A DNA stretch of 64,000 nucleotides from an uncultured Myxococcales bacterium (GTDB taxonomy: Bacteria > Myxococcota > Kuafuiibacteriia > Kuafuiibacteriales > Kuafuiibacteriaceae): NCBI GenBank assembly GCA_964473255.1, contig CAYYOT010000003.1, positions 50,449-114,448 on the forward strand, written 5' to 3'. Positions 44,354-53,723 of this stretch are shown one piece after another. The notes beneath the pieces were generated by a model. That model had not been told where the DNA came from. It saw only the letters and a program-made list of their open reading frames with translations, and ran no database searches. Position numbers and translations under genes: made by a program. The first letter of the stretch is position 1. Every line of letters begins with the position of its first letter.

Positions 44354-45585
44354 CCGAACGCGTCCTGTACTGGGACTGCGTCGGCGGGGCTGCCGGCGAC
44401 ATGCTGATGGCGTCGCTCATCGACGCTGGCGCCGATGTCGAAGCGGTCCGTCGCGCCCACCGGGCGCTCGGCCTGAATCACGTGACCATGGAGGTGCATC
44501 CGGTCCGGTCGGCTGGACTTTCGGCGCTCCAGGTCGATGTCCGGATCGACGGACAGCTTGCCGACGTCGGGCGTGAAGGACTGCCGATGTCCGGCCGGGA
44601 TGCCCATCGGCCGTATCGCTCGATCCGCGCCCGTCTCGACGAGGCCGACCTTTCCCCCGCGATCCGCGACGTCGCGCAGGCCGCCTTCCGGCTCCTCGCC
44701 GAGGCGGAGGCCCGAGCTCACGGCATCGACGTGGAAGAGGTACACTTTCACGAAGTGGGTTCCGACGACGCGATCGCGGACATCGTGGGCGTGGCGGTCT
44801 GCCTGGCCAGTCTCGGTATCGACCGCGTGCTGGCCTCGCCCGTGCCCCTCGGCCGAGGCATGGTCCGGGCGGCCCACGGGCCGATTCCCGTCCCTGCGCC
44901 GGCGACCCTCCACATTCTTCGCGGCGTGCCCGTCGACGAGACGGACCTGCAGGGGGAAACGGTGACGCCCACGGGGGCGGCCCTCCTCAAGGCCACCGCT
45001 TCGTCGTTCGGGCCCATTCCGAGCCTCGTGCTGAGCGAAGTCGGCATGGGAGCCGGGCACAAGGAATGGCCCGACCGGCCGAACGTCGTCCGGGCGCTGA
45101 TCGGCGAACTTCGTGAAGAGCGCGGCCGGCGGGCCGACGAGTGCATCGTCGAAGCGAACCTGGACGACCTGTGGCCCGCGCATCTTCCTCTCCTGCTCGA
45201 GGCCCTCTTCGACGCCGGTGCCATCGACGCCTGGGCCGAGACGCTGCTCATGAAGAAGGGGCGTCCCGGGCATCGGGTGTGCGCCCTGGTGCGTCGCTCC
45301 GGGGCGGAGGCAGTGACCGAGGCCTTCTTCCGCTACGGCTCCACCCTCGGCGTCCGCCGCTACGACGTGGAGCGCACGCTGCTCGAACGGCGCCTCGAGC
45401 CGGTCTCGACCGAGTACGGCGAAGTCCGAGTGAAGGTGTCGGTGCGGCCCGGCGGAGTCCGGCTCGCGGTCCCCGAATTCGAGGACTGCCGCCGCGTCGC
45501 GGCGGAAGCGGGCACGACCGTGCGCGACGTCTTCGATGCCGCTCTGGCTGCGGCCCGGCAGCGCTCCTCCGGAGAGGTCCCGTGA
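44350..45585 (+). CDS. larC: LarC-like (DUF111) nickel insertion protein
   Basis: The GTG overlaps the larB stop. The N-terminus TERVLYWDCVGGAAGDMLMASLIDAG matches the LarC motif LYLDC.SGISGDM. The N-domain is CTP-binding-like and the C-domain is ferredoxin-like. Confidence 0.75.
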   Translation: MTERVLYWDCVGGAAGDMLMASLIDAGADVEAVRRAHRALGLNHVTMEVHPVRSAGLSALQVDVRIDGQLADVGREGLPMSGRDAHRPYRSIRARLDEADLSPAIRDVAQAAFRLLAEAEARAHGIDVEEVHFHEVGSDDAIADIVGVAVCLASLGIDRVLASPVPLGRGMVRAAHGPIPVPAPATLHILRGVPVDETDLQGETVTPTGAALLKATASSFGPIPSLVLSEVGMGAGHKEWPDRPNVVRALIGELREERGRRADECIVEANLDDLWPAHLPLLLEALFDAGAIDAWAETLLMKKGRPGHRVCALVRRSGAEAVTEAFFRYGSTLGVRRYDVERTLLERRLEPVSTEYGEVRVKVSVRPGGVRLAVPEFEDCRRVAAEAGTTVRDVFDAALAAARQRSSGEVP

Positions 45586-45632
45586 CCGAACAGTTCGACC
45601 GACCGACGCCGGGTCGGCGATATACCCAGACG

Positions 45633-46412
45633 ATGCGGGCGCTGGTCGTGGGATGGCTCGTGGTCGGCTTCGCGTGCGCCGACGATGGTACGGGAACAGG
45701 AGGCCGTCCGGATTCCGGAGCAGACTTCGACGGTGGTGCCCCGGACGCCGCCGTTTTCCCCGATGCCGCCGCGTGCCTGCCGTCCGACGAGCCAGCCCCC
45801 TTCCCCTGTAACCCCGTCGATGGGACGCGGTGCGAAGTCTCGACCGGCACGCGCTGTGTGCTGGAGCCCCAGCTCGATGAGGGGCGATGTGTCTGCCTGG
45901 AGGGGAGCAAGGGCTTTCGCGAGTCCTGCGCCGACGGCGAGCCCGAGTGCCAACCCGGCTTTGCCTGCTTCGGTCTCGTCGGGCAGGGCGGCCCGACCTG
46001 CCAGAAGATCTGCGATTTCGAGAGTGGGAGAGGCTGCGAGGAAGTCGATGAAACCGGCATCGAAGCCTACGAGTGCGGCGGGCTCGACGATGGAACCGGG
46101 ATGGCCGCGACCCATGGCATCTGCTTCTTCGTCGGTGAGGCCTGTGACCTTCTCATCAATGACTGTCCGCCGTCGCAGACGTGCACCGTGACCGGCCTGC
46201 AGAGCGCGTGCGTCGACGTCGGGAACCAAGCGGAGGGCGAGGACTGCAGCCTCGACGCTCGCTGTCAGCGAGACCTCGTTTGCTGGCGAGGCCGCCTGGA
46301 CCTCCGCCCCAATTGCAAACCCGTATGCGATCCCGACCTGCCGGAGGATCCCTGCGGAATCGGACGTCGGTGTCGGCCTTTTCAGGATCTCAGCGGCGGC
46401 ATCTGCGACTGA
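45633..46412 (+). CDS. Cysteine-rich secreted lipoprotein (about 259 aa, about 30 Cys)
   Basis: ORF 45141..46412 trimmed to Met165, MRALVVGWLVVGFAC (lipobox). The mature part has CxxxC/CxC spacing reminiscent of EGF/disintegrin-like or Myxococcus Cys-rich modules (CVCLEGSKGFRESCADGEPECQPGFACFG, CDFESGRGCEE). Confidence 0.55.
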   Translation: MRALVVGWLVVGFACADDGTGTGGRPDSGADFDGGAPDAAVFPDAAACLPSDEPAPFPCNPVDGTRCEVSTGTRCVLEPQLDEGRCVCLEGSKGFRESCADGEPECQPGFACFGLVGQGGPTCQKICDFESGRGCEEVDETGIEAYECGGLDDGTGMAATHGICFFVGEACDLLINDCPPSQTCTVTGLQSACVDVGNQAEGEDCSLDARCQRDLVCWRGRLDLRPNCKPVCDPDLPEDPCGIGRRCRPFQDLSGGICD

Positions 46413-46493
46413 TTCGCGCGGTTTGGTCCTTCGGGGCCGATGGAGCCCCCCAACGCCTTGCATAACGCAGTGCGATAGAGCCAAGTTGGGTTC

Positions 46494-48284
46494 ATGACGC
46501 CGTACGCCGCGCCCCTCGAGGACATGCGATTCGTTCTCGAACACCTGATCGGTCTCGACGCGCTCCAGCGCTTGCCCGGATGCGAGGAAGCCACTCCCGA
46601 CATGGTGGAGGCCATTCTGGAAGAGGCGTCGAAGCTTGCGACGGCGACGCTCGACCCGATCAACGCAGTGGGCGACCGGCAGCACGCGCAGCTCGTGTCC
46701 GAGGGGGTCGTACGGATGCCCGATGGCTTCAAGGAGGCCTACGACGCCTATCGCGACGGCGGCTGGAACGCCGTGCCGTTCGACCCGGAGTACGGCGGGC
46801 AGGGACTGCCCTGGTCGATCGCCTTCGCCATTCAGGAGATGTGGCAGGCGTCCAACATGTCGTTCGGTCTCTGCCCGATGCTGAACCAGGGCGCGGTGGA
46901 GCTGCTTCAGGAGCACGGCTCCGAGCATCAAAAGCGAACCTTCCTGCCGAACCTGATTTCCGGGGTGTGGACGGGGACCATGAACCTGACCGAGCCGCAG
47001 TCGGGCTCCGACCTTTCGACGGTCCGCACGCTGGCAACGTCGGCCGAAGACGGTACGTATCGGATCAAGGGACAGAAGATCTACATCACCTTCGGTGAGC
47101 ACGACCTGGCGGACAACATCATCCATCTGGTCCTCGCCCGCACGCCGGACGCCCCGGAAGGGACGCGGGGCATCAGTCTCTTCCTGGTTCCGAAGTTCAT
47201 GGTGAACGAGGACGGCACCCCCGGCGAGCGCAACGACGTCACCTGCGTGTCGCTGGAGTCCAAGATGGGCATCAACGCCAGCCCCACCTGCACCATGGCG
47301 TACGGAGAGGCGACCGAGGGAGCGGTCGGCTACCTCATCGGCAACGAGCGCGAAGGCCTCAAGCTCATGTTCACGATGATGAACAATGCTCGGCTCGCTG
47401 TGGGCCTTCAGGGCATCGCCGTGGCCTCGCGCGCGTTCGGTCAGGCTCTGGCATACGCTCGGGATCGCGTTCAGGGGCGGAGCCTCGACGGGACAGCTGC
47501 GGGTTCAGTCCGGATCATCGACCACCCCGATGTTCGGCGCATGCTGCTCGCCATGAAAGCCGAGACCGAGGCGGGCCGGGCGCTCACCTACCACGCGGCC
47601 TACTGTCTGGACGTGGCCAAACGGCACCCCGACCCCAACGAGCGGGCGAAGGCGCAGGCCTACGTCGATCTCTTCACGCCGGTGGTGAAGGCCTGGGGAA
47701 CCGATCTCGGATGCGAGGTCGCTTCACTCGGTGTGCAGGTGCACGGGGGCATGGGCTACGTCGAAGAATCGGGCGCGTCGCAGCTGTACCGCGATGCGCG
47801 GATCGCGCCCATCTACGAGGGAACGAACGGGATCCAGGCGAACGACCTCGTGTTCCGCAAGGTGCAGCGCGACGGCGGCGCTGCGGCCGCGGCCTTCGTG
47901 GAAGACGTACGCGCCGTCGCCGTGCGACTCGAGGCGTCGAACGATGAGAGGCTGCGGTCGATCCAGCCGCTGCTTTCGGAGGCGGCCGACGCCCTGGCCG
48001 ACGCAACGGCGTGGGTCGTCGGTCACGACGGGGAACCGCGGTCGGTGGCGGCGGCGGCGTACGGGTATCTCGATCTCTTTGCCGCGGTCGCGGGAGGCTG
48101 GGCGACCTCCCGCGCCGCTTTGGCCGCGGTGTCGTCCGACGACCTGCGCCCGGCCTTCATCGAGGGCAAGGTCGCGGCCGCCCGCTATTTCGCCGACTTC
48201 CGGCTGACTCAGGCGAAGGGCTTCTTGCAGGCGCTCTTGCGCGGACCCGAAGCCGTCGTCGCGGTCAGTGAAGACGCGCTCTGA
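46494..48284 (+). CDS. Long-chain acyl-CoA dehydrogenase with an extended C-terminal domain (AidB/FadE-like)
   Basis: Acyl-CoA dehydrogenase signatures are present: GTMNLTEPQSGSDLS, YRIKGQKIYITFGEHD, GISLFLV and IYEGTNGIQANDLVFRK. A C-terminal helical extension of about 170 aa follows. Confidence 0.85.
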   Translation: MTPYAAPLEDMRFVLEHLIGLDALQRLPGCEEATPDMVEAILEEASKLATATLDPINAVGDRQHAQLVSEGVVRMPDGFKEAYDAYRDGGWNAVPFDPEYGGQGLPWSIAFAIQEMWQASNMSFGLCPMLNQGAVELLQEHGSEHQKRTFLPNLISGVWTGTMNLTEPQSGSDLSTVRTLATSAEDGTYRIKGQKIYITFGEHDLADNIIHLVLARTPDAPEGTRGISLFLVPKFMVNEDGTPGERNDVTCVSLESKMGINASPTCTMAYGEATEGAVGYLIGNEREGLKLMFTMMNNARLAVGLQGIAVASRAFGQALAYARDRVQGRSLDGTAAGSVRIIDHPDVRRMLLAMKAETEAGRALTYHAAYCLDVAKRHPDPNERAKAQAYVDLFTPVVKAWGTDLGCEVASLGVQVHGGMGYVEESGASQLYRDARIAPIYEGTNGIQANDLVFRKVQRDGGAAAAAFVEDVRAVAVRLEASNDERLRSIQPLLSEAADALADATAWVVGHDGEPRSVAAAAYGYLDLFAAVAGGWATSRAALAAVSSDDLRPAFIEGKVAAARYFADFRLTQAKGFLQALLRGPEAVVAVSEDAL

Positions 48285-48293
48285 TCGAGCGCG
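48275..48293. terminator. Hairpin CGCGCTC-tgatc-GAGCGCG between the convergent acyl-CoA dehydrogenase gene and the 48300 gene; coordinates approximate
   Basis: A 7-bp stem and 5-nt loop overlap the acyl-CoA dehydrogenase stop codon, in a 15-nt convergent gap. It is a possible bidirectional terminator. Confidence 0.3.
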
Positions 48294-48299
48294 ACCGCC

Positions 48300-48956
48300 T
48301 CACTCGGCCTCGAACGCTTCCTCGACCGGAAGCTCGAGTTTGTACCTCTTCAGGCCCGCGTAGTAGAGCACTTCGAGCCCGAGAACGATCCCCCACGACT
48401 GGATGTCGGATCCGGCCAAGTACTCCGCGTCCAGGACGACGGCCAAGGCCAGGCCTCCCGAAGCGAGCGGGTCTTTGCGGAAGGGAAAGAAGTCATAGCT
48501 GGCCCCGCCGGCGACGATGGGGCCGAAAGCGCCCCCGGGATCGTCTTCCAGAACGAGAGCTGCGTCGGCCCGAGTCAGGTTTTGGCCGTACGCACCCAGC
48601 GCCAACCGAAAGGCCAGGTCGAGCTTCTTCCACGGTTGCACCTGTCCTTCCATCATGCCCGCTCCATAGAACGTGCTGAAGTCTTCATTGCTGCCCCCGG
48701 CGAAGCGGACCTGCCCGCCGAAGCCCAGCCATTCGTTCACCATCTCACCGCCGCGGAGGACTCCGCCGAAGACGACGAATGGGTCCAGCCTTCCGAGCTG
48801 GCCGGCATCCAAGAACTGTCCGCCGCCGCGGAAGCCCCCGCCGAAGAAATAGCCCTGACGAGGTCCGGGGGGCCGAAGCTTCTGGGCGGCGGCCGGCGGA
48901 GGGGCGCCGGTCACGACGGCGGCGACGACCACGGCGGCGAGGGCCATTCGCGTCAT
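48300..48956 (-). CDS. Secreted Gly/Phe-rich protein, possibly a small outer-membrane beta-barrel
   Basis: The signal peptide is MTRMALAAVVVAAVVTGAPPPAAAQ. Alternating hydrophobic and Gly-rich segments (YFFGGGFRGGGQF, VVFGGVLRGGEM, LGFGGQVRFAGG, ALGAYGQNL) suggest beta-strands. It is the last gene of the TonB/TBDT operon, and its ATG overlaps the TBDT stop by 1 nt. Confidence 0.45.
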   Translation of the reverse strand: MTRMALAAVVVAAVVTGAPPPAAAQKLRPPGPRQGYFFGGGFRGGGQFLDAGQLGRLDPFVVFGGVLRGGEMVNEWLGFGGQVRFAGGSNEDFSTFYGAGMMEGQVQPWKKLDLAFRLALGAYGQNLTRADAALVLEDDPGGAFGPIVAGGASYDFFPFRKDPLASGGLALAVVLDAEYLAGSDIQSWGIVLGLEVLYYAGLKRYKLELPVEEAFEAE

Positions 48957-51610
48957 CAGAAGTCGATCCTCACGCCGAGGTTGGGAAACACGGGCAAGCC
49001 GGACACCTGCCCCTGCTCCGAAAAGTCGAAGTTGTAGGTCACGCCCTCGGCGTTCTGGCGGTTGTAGGCGTTCAGGACCTCGAGGAACGCCGCGACCGTC
49101 AGAGCCTTGAAGACCCAGCGCTTGTCGAGCCGGATGTCCAAGGAGTGAAACACCGGCAGGCGGTCCGAGTTTCGGTCGCCGTTGATCGCCGCGTACGCAT
49201 CTTGATCGTCGAGGTACACGGAGCCCGTCACCGGCGTGAAGGGATTACCGGACGTCAGACGAAAGCGAGCGCTGAGCTCCCAGTTCTCCGGAAACAGATA
49301 GCTCGCGACCAGGGCGAGGATGTGCGTCTGGTCGAAATCGAAGAGCCGGGTCTCGGTTTCACCGGAGTCGATACGGGTCGAGCGACTGAGCGTGTACGCC
49401 AGCCAGCCTCGGAAGTTCTTGTTGAAGTCGTGCTTCAGATAGACTTCCAGGCCAACGACGTTTCCGGTCGTTTCGTTGTCGAAGATGGCGGGGACCTCGT
49501 TGCCGTCTTCGTCGGTACGGAAGGCGTTCGACGTGCCGGCGAGGTCGTACAGATACTTGTAGAAGAGGGTGATGTCGGCCTTGAAATAGTCGACGGGGTT
49601 CCACTCGAAGCCTGCCGACACCTGGACCGACTTTTCGATGGCCAAGTCGGGGTTGCCGAACTCCTCGGAAAGCTCGGGCGGCGTCGGCGACTGGCTGAAG
49701 AGTCCAACGCCCCCCTTCACCGTCCAGCCTTCGGCGACGATGTAGCGTGCGTTGATCCGCGGGTCGACGGTGACGTCTTCTGCCTGGCCCCAAGTATCGA
49801 CGCGAACTCCGGGAATGAGGGTCAGTCGATCGGTCACGTCCCAGTTGGCCTCGACGTAGGGTGCGATCTGCGGATCGAAGAACCCGCGGATCGAGGTCGC
49901 GAGGAGGTCACTCGCGTCCGGATTGGCCGGATCCTGATTCGGATTCGGCGCCACCACGTCGACGTCGGAAAGCCGGAACAGGCCGTCGACCCCGAAGTCG
50001 ACCAGCAGGTTCTCCGAAAAGCGTACCCGCAGACGGTCGCGGACTTGCCACTGGTAGTTCAGGAAGTCGAACTCGAAGACGTCGAAGAACTGGGTCGAGA
50101 CGTCGTCGACGCCAAATGCGATCTGCAGCTCGTTCGAGATCTTCTGGTTCGGCCGGTAGTCGTACTGTGCGATCACGCGGTTGAACGTATTCCGGCTTTG
50201 GACGGCACCCGAGGTTAGCTGGAGAGAGAGCTGCTGCGCATCTTGAAACAACAGGCGTAGTTCGTCGCGCGACCCGAAGAAGAAAAGCCGAACTTCGTGT
50301 CCGGCTTTGGGTCGCCATCGCGCCAAGGTCTGGTAGTCGATGTACGCCGGCGCCGAGATCACGTCCACCGAGTTGACGTTGTCGCCGACGACGCCTTCGA
50401 TGATGGCGTCCACGTAGCTTCCACGGAATCCACCGGCGACGCTGAACGTATCCCCCAGGGGAGCCTCCAGGTAGCCGTTGGCGTCGAGCAACGTCAGCTG
50501 CGCGCTTCCGTGAACTTGATCGGGGTCGATGCGCTTCAGCTTGACGTCGAGGATGCCGCCGGTCCGTCGCCCATAGAACACGGAGAAGTTCCCGGGAATG
50601 AAGGCCACGCTGTCGATCAGTTCGGCGGGAACGACGCTCTTGACTGACCCGAAGTGGAAGACGAACGGCGTCTCGATCCCTTCGAACAGATAGCCGGTGT
50701 CGGCCGGGGCCGAACCACGGACCGGAAACTGACCGGCTCCGACCGCCGGCCGCGCCGCGCCCGGAAGGTTTTGGACGACGGAGACCGGGTCGCCGAACGC
50801 TCCAGGCACGCGGTACGCTTCCTGCGCGGTGATGACTCTGCGATTGACCTCTTTGACCACACGATCCGTCTCTACGAGAACGTCGTACTCGCTGTAGGCC
50901 CCTTTCTCCGCGAAGTAGGTGACCTCGGTGATCTGTCCGGCCACGACTCGCTCCGATGTCCGAACCGGAAAGTAACCGTCGGCCTCCACCAGGACCTTCC
51001 AGGTGCCGGGAGCGAGGTCGAAGAATGTGAAGCGTCCGTCGTCCCCGGTGATGGACTCGAAGCCCTGGTCGCCTTCCTCGGCGTCGAGACGGAAGACCGT
51101 GACCACCGCTCCCTTCAAGAGCCGTCGGGTCCCCCGTTCTCGCACCCGACCCACCAGATTGGCGATGCCCGGACTCGCCGCCGTCTCCGCGGTGGGTTGG
51201 GGCGGCGGGGGCAGGACGAATCGATAGCGGTAGCCGATGGTGACCTCTACCGGTTCTCCCCCGGCCTCTGCGGGCTCGAACCGAAACATCTTCACCGCGG
51301 CCATCGCCGCTTCGTCGAAGCCGTAGTTGGCGACCGTGCCATCGGCGAGGATGGCCCCGTCGGGCTGAACCTCGGCTCGGGTCGAGGTCCGGACCACGAC
51401 GGCCCGGGCAACGGCGCCGGTCGCGGTGATGGTGATCTCGAGTTCGACCTCCGCTTCGACCCGGTCCCGGAGTGCCGCCTCGGGATACACGGCGCCTTCC
51501 TCGATGATCAGCTTCGGAAGTTTGGTGATCGGAGGAGGCTCTTGGGCCGCGGCGACGAATCCCACGAAGCCAGGGACGAGCGCCGCGGCGAGGACGATGA
51601 CCGGTCTCAA
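48956..51610 (-). CDS. TonB-dependent outer-membrane transporter (Oar-like) with an N-terminal TonB-C-like domain and a CarboxypepD_reg domain
   Basis: The signal peptide is MRPVIVLAAALVPGFVGFVAAAQ. Residues about 25-125 resemble the TonB C-terminal domain (YPEAALRDRVEAEVELEITITATGAV...DEAAMAAVKMFRFEPAEAGGEPVEVTIGYRYRF). A CarboxypepD_reg-like segment follows (LLKGAVVTVFRL...GDDGRFTFFDLAPGTWKV). After that come the plug and a 22-strand barrel, ending in the OMP C-terminus PNLGVRIDF. Confidence 0.8.
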   Translation of the reverse strand: MRPVIVLAAALVPGFVGFVAAAQEPPPITKLPKLIIEEGAVYPEAALRDRVEAEVELEITITATGAVARAVVVRTSTRAEVQPDGAILADGTVANYGFDEAAMAAVKMFRFEPAEAGGEPVEVTIGYRYRFVLPPPPQPTAETAASPGIANLVGRVRERGTRRLLKGAVVTVFRLDAEEGDQGFESITGDDGRFTFFDLAPGTWKVLVEADGYFPVRTSERVVAGQITEVTYFAEKGAYSEYDVLVETDRVVKEVNRRVITAQEAYRVPGAFGDPVSVVQNLPGAARPAVGAGQFPVRGSAPADTGYLFEGIETPFVFHFGSVKSVVPAELIDSVAFIPGNFSVFYGRRTGGILDVKLKRIDPDQVHGSAQLTLLDANGYLEAPLGDTFSVAGGFRGSYVDAIIEGVVGDNVNSVDVISAPAYIDYQTLARWRPKAGHEVRLFFFGSRDELRLLFQDAQQLSLQLTSGAVQSRNTFNRVIAQYDYRPNQKISNELQIAFGVDDVSTQFFDVFEFDFLNYQWQVRDRLRVRFSENLLVDFGVDGLFRLSDVDVVAPNPNQDPANPDASDLLATSIRGFFDPQIAPYVEANWDVTDRLTLIPGVRVDTWGQAEDVTVDPRINARYIVAEGWTVKGGVGLFSQSPTPPELSEEFGNPDLAIEKSVQVSAGFEWNPVDYFKADITLFYKYLYDLAGTSNAFRTDEDGNEVPAIFDNETTGNVVGLEVYLKHDFNKNFRGWLAYTLSRSTRIDSGETETRLFDFDQTHILALVASYLFPENWELSARFRLTSGNPFTPVTGSVYLDDQDAYAAINGDRNSDRLPVFHSLDIRLDKRWVFKALTVAAFLEVLNAYNRQNAEGVTYNFDFSEQGQVSGLPVFPNLGVRIDF

Positions 51611-52773
51611 TTCGTACCCGCCGAAGTGAAGATGACCCGTCGGGAGGTGAACGCCCTCCCTCCACGGTTGTCGCGCATGACGATGTGAAGCGTGCCGGGG
51701 ACATCGTCACCCACGTCGATCAGCCGCGGCGTCGTCCACGCATTGGTGGCGGCACGCTCGGCCGTGCTGCTTTCGCTGCCTTGCTCGAAAGCCGTCCGAT
51801 TACGATCGATCTCCCCGCTCTCCACGAACCAGCTGAGCGTCAAGCGCTCCTGTTCTTCGGGCCCGGGCAGCAGGTCATCGTCGAGCGGTCGAAAAAACTC
51901 GGCGTCGATGTCGAAGTTGCCGGGCAGGACGACGACATCGGTGGCCAGCCCGAGCGTCTGGTCGAGCGGGAGCGGGTTCGGGTCGCTCGGATCGAGGATG
52001 ACCCACCCGAAGTCGGGATTCGCGATCTGACAGGGCTCACCAAAGAGCACCCCGGCGCCGGTCGACGTCGTGGAGCGGATGCAGACCTGATCGAGGCTGG
52101 GGTTGCGGTTCGGAACGACGACGTCCTGAGCGTAGATGATCTCGAGCGGTCGCTGCGCCCGAACGTCGGTCGGCGGGACGTCCCCGGGCCGGCTGTCCTC
52201 GAGCGCGACCAAGACTTCCAGCCGCGCCTCGAACGTGCCGTTGCAGGTGGGACGCTGCACGAAATCCGTGAACTCGACCGTCTGGAGAAACTCACACGCT
52301 GCGGCGAGAAGGGCCTCGAGCCCTTCATCGGTCACCGGTGCGTTCGGCTCGAGCAGGACGTCGCGAAAGTTGAACGTGGCCTCGGGGTTCGTGCCGAGGT
52401 CGAAATCGACGTCGAGGACCTCGTCGGTGGGCGTACCATCGGGCAGCTCGGGGAAGACTTCGATGATCAGCGCCTGGAACTGCTCCGCGGTGACGATGCA
52501 CCCGAAGTCGGCATCCGAGCCGAAAGCGACGGGGCAGAAGGTCCATCGATAATCCGCGGCGCGGGGATCGAATGGCGTCACGTCGGTTACGAGAGCCGTC
52601 AGCGTCGCGGTCTCGCTCACCCGCGGCCAGGCCGAGTCTTGCTCGCCGACGCTCACTTTGACGGTGAGGACCCGAAGGCGGTCGACCTCGCTCTGGGGGG
52701 TGAAGTCGGTTCCACAGGCCCCTTGCAGCGCGGCGCCGAAGGTCAGGAGTATCGCGGGTGCGCTGCGGGTCAT
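51607..52773 (-). CDS. Lipoprotein of unknown function within the TonB operon
   Basis: ORF 51607..52839 trimmed to Met23, MTRSAPAILLTFGAALQGAC (lipobox). The ATG overlaps the tonB stop, and the stop overlaps the TBDT start. I recognised no domain. Confidence 0.55.
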   Translation of the reverse strand: MTRSAPAILLTFGAALQGACGTDFTPQSEVDRLRVLTVKVSVGEQDSAWPRVSETATLTALVTDVTPFDPRAADYRWTFCPVAFGSDADFGCIVTAEQFQALIIEVFPELPDGTPTDEVLDVDFDLGTNPEATFNFRDVLLEPNAPVTDEGLEALLAAACEFLQTVEFTDFVQRPTCNGTFEARLEVLVALEDSRPGDVPPTDVRAQRPLEIIYAQDVVVPNRNPSLDQVCIRSTTSTGAGVLFGEPCQIANPDFGWVILDPSDPNPLPLDQTLGLATDVVVLPGNFDIDAEFFRPLDDDLLPGPEEQERLTLSWFVESGEIDRNRTAFEQGSESSTAERAATNAWTTPRLIDVGDDVPGTLHIVMRDNRGGRAFTSRRVIFTSAGTN

Positions 52774-53723
52774 TCTCGAATCCGGTAACGAACGGTGTAG
52801 GTGACGGTCCATGGGATCGGCTGCCCGTCCTTCAGGCAAGGGCTGAAGCGCGTCTTTTTTGCCGCGGCGAGGGCCGGGGCATTGAATGCTTCGTACTTCG
52901 AAGGCACGACGAGTCGAGCTTCGATGACTTCACCGGTCTCGTCGATCCGGACCTTGACCACCACGTCGGCCTCCAGGTTCTGGGCCCGGTACAGCTGCGG
53001 ATACTCGGGCTCGACCCGGTCCAAAACCTTGGGCCGCACCAGGCCCTTGCCGCCGGCCGCCGCGGCTGGAATGCGCGTTGCCGCCTGATTCTGCCCTCGC
53101 TGCGGGGACTCGTCATTGGAGAGTGATCCGGGTGTCGGATCCTCGGCGATGCGGTCCGTGGTGCCCATCCGCGTGTTGCCGATGGCGAAGGCGGGACCTT
53201 GGCTGCCTTCGACCGTTGATTCCATGCTCAGGCCCACGATGCGTCTCGGCGGGGGCTTGGTCGGCTCCGGCTCGTCATTGGGCGTGTCGATGGGGTCGGC
53301 GGAGGGCGTCGGCTCTCTGCGCTCGGGTTTCGGCCGGGGCTTGGGCTGCGGTGCGACCGGCTGCTCGACGGCCGGCGCGGGAGGTTCGGGTTCCGGCGGG
53401 AGCTCCGGCGCCGGCTCGGGTTGGGGCTCGGGGGGAGGCCGTCGGATCTCCAGCTCGACCCGCCCATCGTTGTGCGACGGAGGGGGTGGCCGAAACATCG
53501 CGGCGTTGGCGGCCGCGAACACGCCGGCCGTCGCGACGTGAAGGCCGACCGCAGCCAGCACCCACGCGGCCCACCTCCAGACGGGTGTCTCGGGGCGCCG
53601 CAGCGGGTCCGGCCAGCGATCGGCGTCGACGCTGCGGGCGACGCGCGTCCGCGCCGCGGCCGCCCGCGCGGCCCGCGCCGCCTGCCGCTGGGCGGCATAG
53701 GATTGTGAGTCGTGATCGGTCAT
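52770..53723 (-). CDS. tonB: Energy transducer TonB
   Basis: The N-terminal anchor is WRWAAWVLAAVGLHVATAGVFAAA. There is a long Pro/Glu-rich spacer (PPEPQPEPAPELPPEPEPPAPAVEQPVAPQPKPRPKPE). The C-terminal TonB_C domain is EPEYPQLYRAQNLEADVVVKVRIDETGEV...AAKKTRFSPCLKDGQPIPWTVTYTVRY. Confidence 0.8.
   Translation of the reverse strand: MTDHDSQSYAAQRQAARAARAAAARTRVARSVDADRWPDPLRRPETPVWRWAAWVLAAVGLHVATAGVFAAANAAMFRPPPPSHNDGRVELEIRRPPPEPQPEPAPELPPEPEPPAPAVEQPVAPQPKPRPKPERREPTPSADPIDTPNDEPEPTKPPPRRIVGLSMESTVEGSQGPAFAIGNTRMGTTDRIAEDPTPGSLSNDESPQRGQNQAATRIPAAAAGGKGLVRPKVLDRVEPEYPQLYRAQNLEADVVVKVRIDETGEVIEARLVVPSKYEAFNAPALAAAKKTRFSPCLKDGQPIPWTVTYTVRYRIRE

Noticed and set aside
45360-47126. 588-aa minus-strand ORF spanning larC, the Cys-rich lipoprotein and the acyl-CoA dehydrogenase
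   Set aside because: It has low-complexity Arg/Gly/Ala composition and crosses three well-supported plus-strand genes.
49908-51710. 600-aa minus-strand ORF in an alternative frame of the TonB-dependent transporter, plus ORFs 48779..50218 and 50654..51688
   Set aside because: They are Arg/Gly-rich. The TBDT frame has a signal peptide, a plug, barrel motifs and a C-terminal Phe.
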